From the NCBI GenBank assembly GCA_963663965.2, contig CAXXFK010000020.1, positions 256,001-320,000 of the forward strand: a DNA stretch of 64,000 nt. Reading direction: 5' to 3'. This document shows positions 62,768-64,000 of this stretch, piece by piece. A program made the translations under genes and the position numbers. The stretch's first letter is position 1. Every line of letters starts with the position of its first letter. The notes under the pieces are model-generated. The model saw nothing but the letters and a program-made list of their open reading frames with translations. It was not told the origin of the DNA and made no database searches. This DNA comes from Sedimentisphaerales bacterium. Its GTDB lineage: Bacteria; Planctomycetota; Phycisphaerae; Sedimentisphaerales; SM23-30.

Positions 62768-64000
62768 TTATTCTGTCCATTCTTTGATATTAAATTCGCC
62801 TGGTGTGTACCAATCCAATTCATTGAATTTATACTCTCGTTCATTATTGTCAACATTACTCCAATGTACTCCATGTCCAACATTCAGTTTAATATTATAT
62901 TCCCATAATTCATTGTATTGTATGATTTCTTCGTTATCTTCCCACAGCAAATTTTGATACTTGCCTCCATTATTTCTGATCCATACAGGAAGAATTTGGT
63001 ATATTTCTTTTTGAAGCAACCTTATACTTCTCTCAAACTCACTGCGCCCAGATTTTCCACCCAATACTTGTTCCCCTCCAATCCCTTCAGTGCCAACACA
63101 TGCAACGGTTACAGGAATATTCAATTTTTTCCATCTATATAATCTGGGATTATTTCTACATTCGAAATGCATAAATCTTATATCAAATTCATATTGCCGT
63201 ATCAAAGTCGGCAACTTTTGACTTGGTGATGTTGCAAATGTTGGAAGAGTACCTTTTAACATGTTTTCAAGAAATCCAATGGCAAGATCACCGGCTATAT
63301 CTTTTAATTTACTCCAATTATTATCGCTTCCGTCTGATGTAGTTACGATTTCGGCGTATGAATATTCATACTGTGCACCATGGATATAATCTGCAGAAAG
63401 ATCACTTTTGCTTTTCACAAGTTCTTGAGGGAAATTCCGTTTTGATATAACCCTACATATCAAACCAAGAGGGTCAGATTTCCCGCATGGATTTTCGGTA
63501 ACGTACTCATACCCATTCATTCCATCTACATATCCCAGCGGATCGACCGACAGCCACCGCCCGGTACGATAATCATAATACCGATGCCGGTTAATCTGAA
63601 TCAGCTTCGCCCCGCCATCGAGGATATCCAGCCGCCGCCCGGTGAAGTAGTACGGATTGCCGATAACCGACCCCACCGCCGACGCCGTCAATTCACTGGT
63701 GGGCCCCGCCACACTCATCGCCAGCATCTCCAATCCTCCCAGCGACAGTCCTTCAGCATCAATCACCGTATTGGGATCCAGCAGCATCCCCAACGAATCG
63801 TTCGGATCGTAAACCGGATCATACTCCGGCAACTCCGTCGCATACAATACCGGCGCAAACTGCCAGTCCCACGGCTCCATCCGCCACAGCGACTCCTGCG
63901 CCAACTCATCCTCCGTCACCCCCGCCCAGGCCGCATCATACCCCCCATACGCCGGCATAACCGCCCCGGCGATCAGATCATCCCGCACCCAGACTGATTC
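62768..64000 (-). CDS. RHS repeat-associated core protein with unknown C-terminal toxin domain (5' part outside window)
   Basis: GNPYYFTGRRLD, RHRYYDYRTGRWLSVDPLGYVDGMNGYEYVTENPCGKSDPLGL; abrupt GC drop after DPLGL. Confidence 0.88.
   Translation of the reverse strand, partial: ESVWVRDDLIAGAVMPAYGGYDAAWAGVTEDELAQESLWRMEPWDWQFAPVLYATELPEYDPVYDPNDSLGMLLDPNTVIDAEGLSLGGLEMLAMSVAGPTSELTASAVGSVIGNPYYFTGRRLDILDGGAKLIQINRHRYYDYRTGRWLSVDPLGYVDGMNGYEYVTENPCGKSDPLGLICRVISKRNFPQELVKSKSDLSADYIHGAQYEYSYAEIVTTSDGSDNNWSKLKDIAGDLAIGFLENMLKGTLPTFATSPSQKLPTLIRQYEFDIRFMHFECRNNPRLYRWKKLNIPVTVACVGTEGIGGEQVLGGKSGRSEFERSIRLLQKEIYQILPVWIRNNGGKYQNLLWEDNEEIIQYNELWEYNIKLNVGHGVHWSNVDNNEREYKFNELDWYTPGEFNIKEWTE

Overview
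Bacterial genomic window, most likely from an anaerobic planctomycete of the Phycisphaerae/Sedimentisphaerales type. This is an inference from dockerin- and LamG-rich secreted proteins with DPN motifs, PEP-CTERM proteins, an ECF sigma + Ser/Thr kinase module, a Tat sulfatase and DUF1080. Housekeeping and metabolic content: glycoside hydrolases (two GH2, one GH78-like), fumC, a UroD/MtaA-family gene, floA, a full hypABCDEF cluster, a PilB/GspE-like ATPase and a hybrid histidine kinase. A complete four-gene cassette encodes a circularly permuted ATP-grasp ligase, an alpha-E protein, an Anbu proteasome-like peptidase and a transglutaminase. There are two RHS polymorphic-toxin loci: one has a dockerin inserted in the RHS core and a caspase-like toxin tip; the other is followed by an immunity-like array including two GspG-C-terminus-like paralogs. 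Mobile DNA includes a DDE insertion sequence that truncates a D-cysteine desulfhydrase gene, a RAYT-like Y1 transposase and several non-autonomous palindromic elements. Long genes in the first ~10 kb are heavily frameshifted, most likely from sequencing or assembly error. No rRNA, tRNA or CRISPR array was seen. All calls come from motif reading only; no searches were run.
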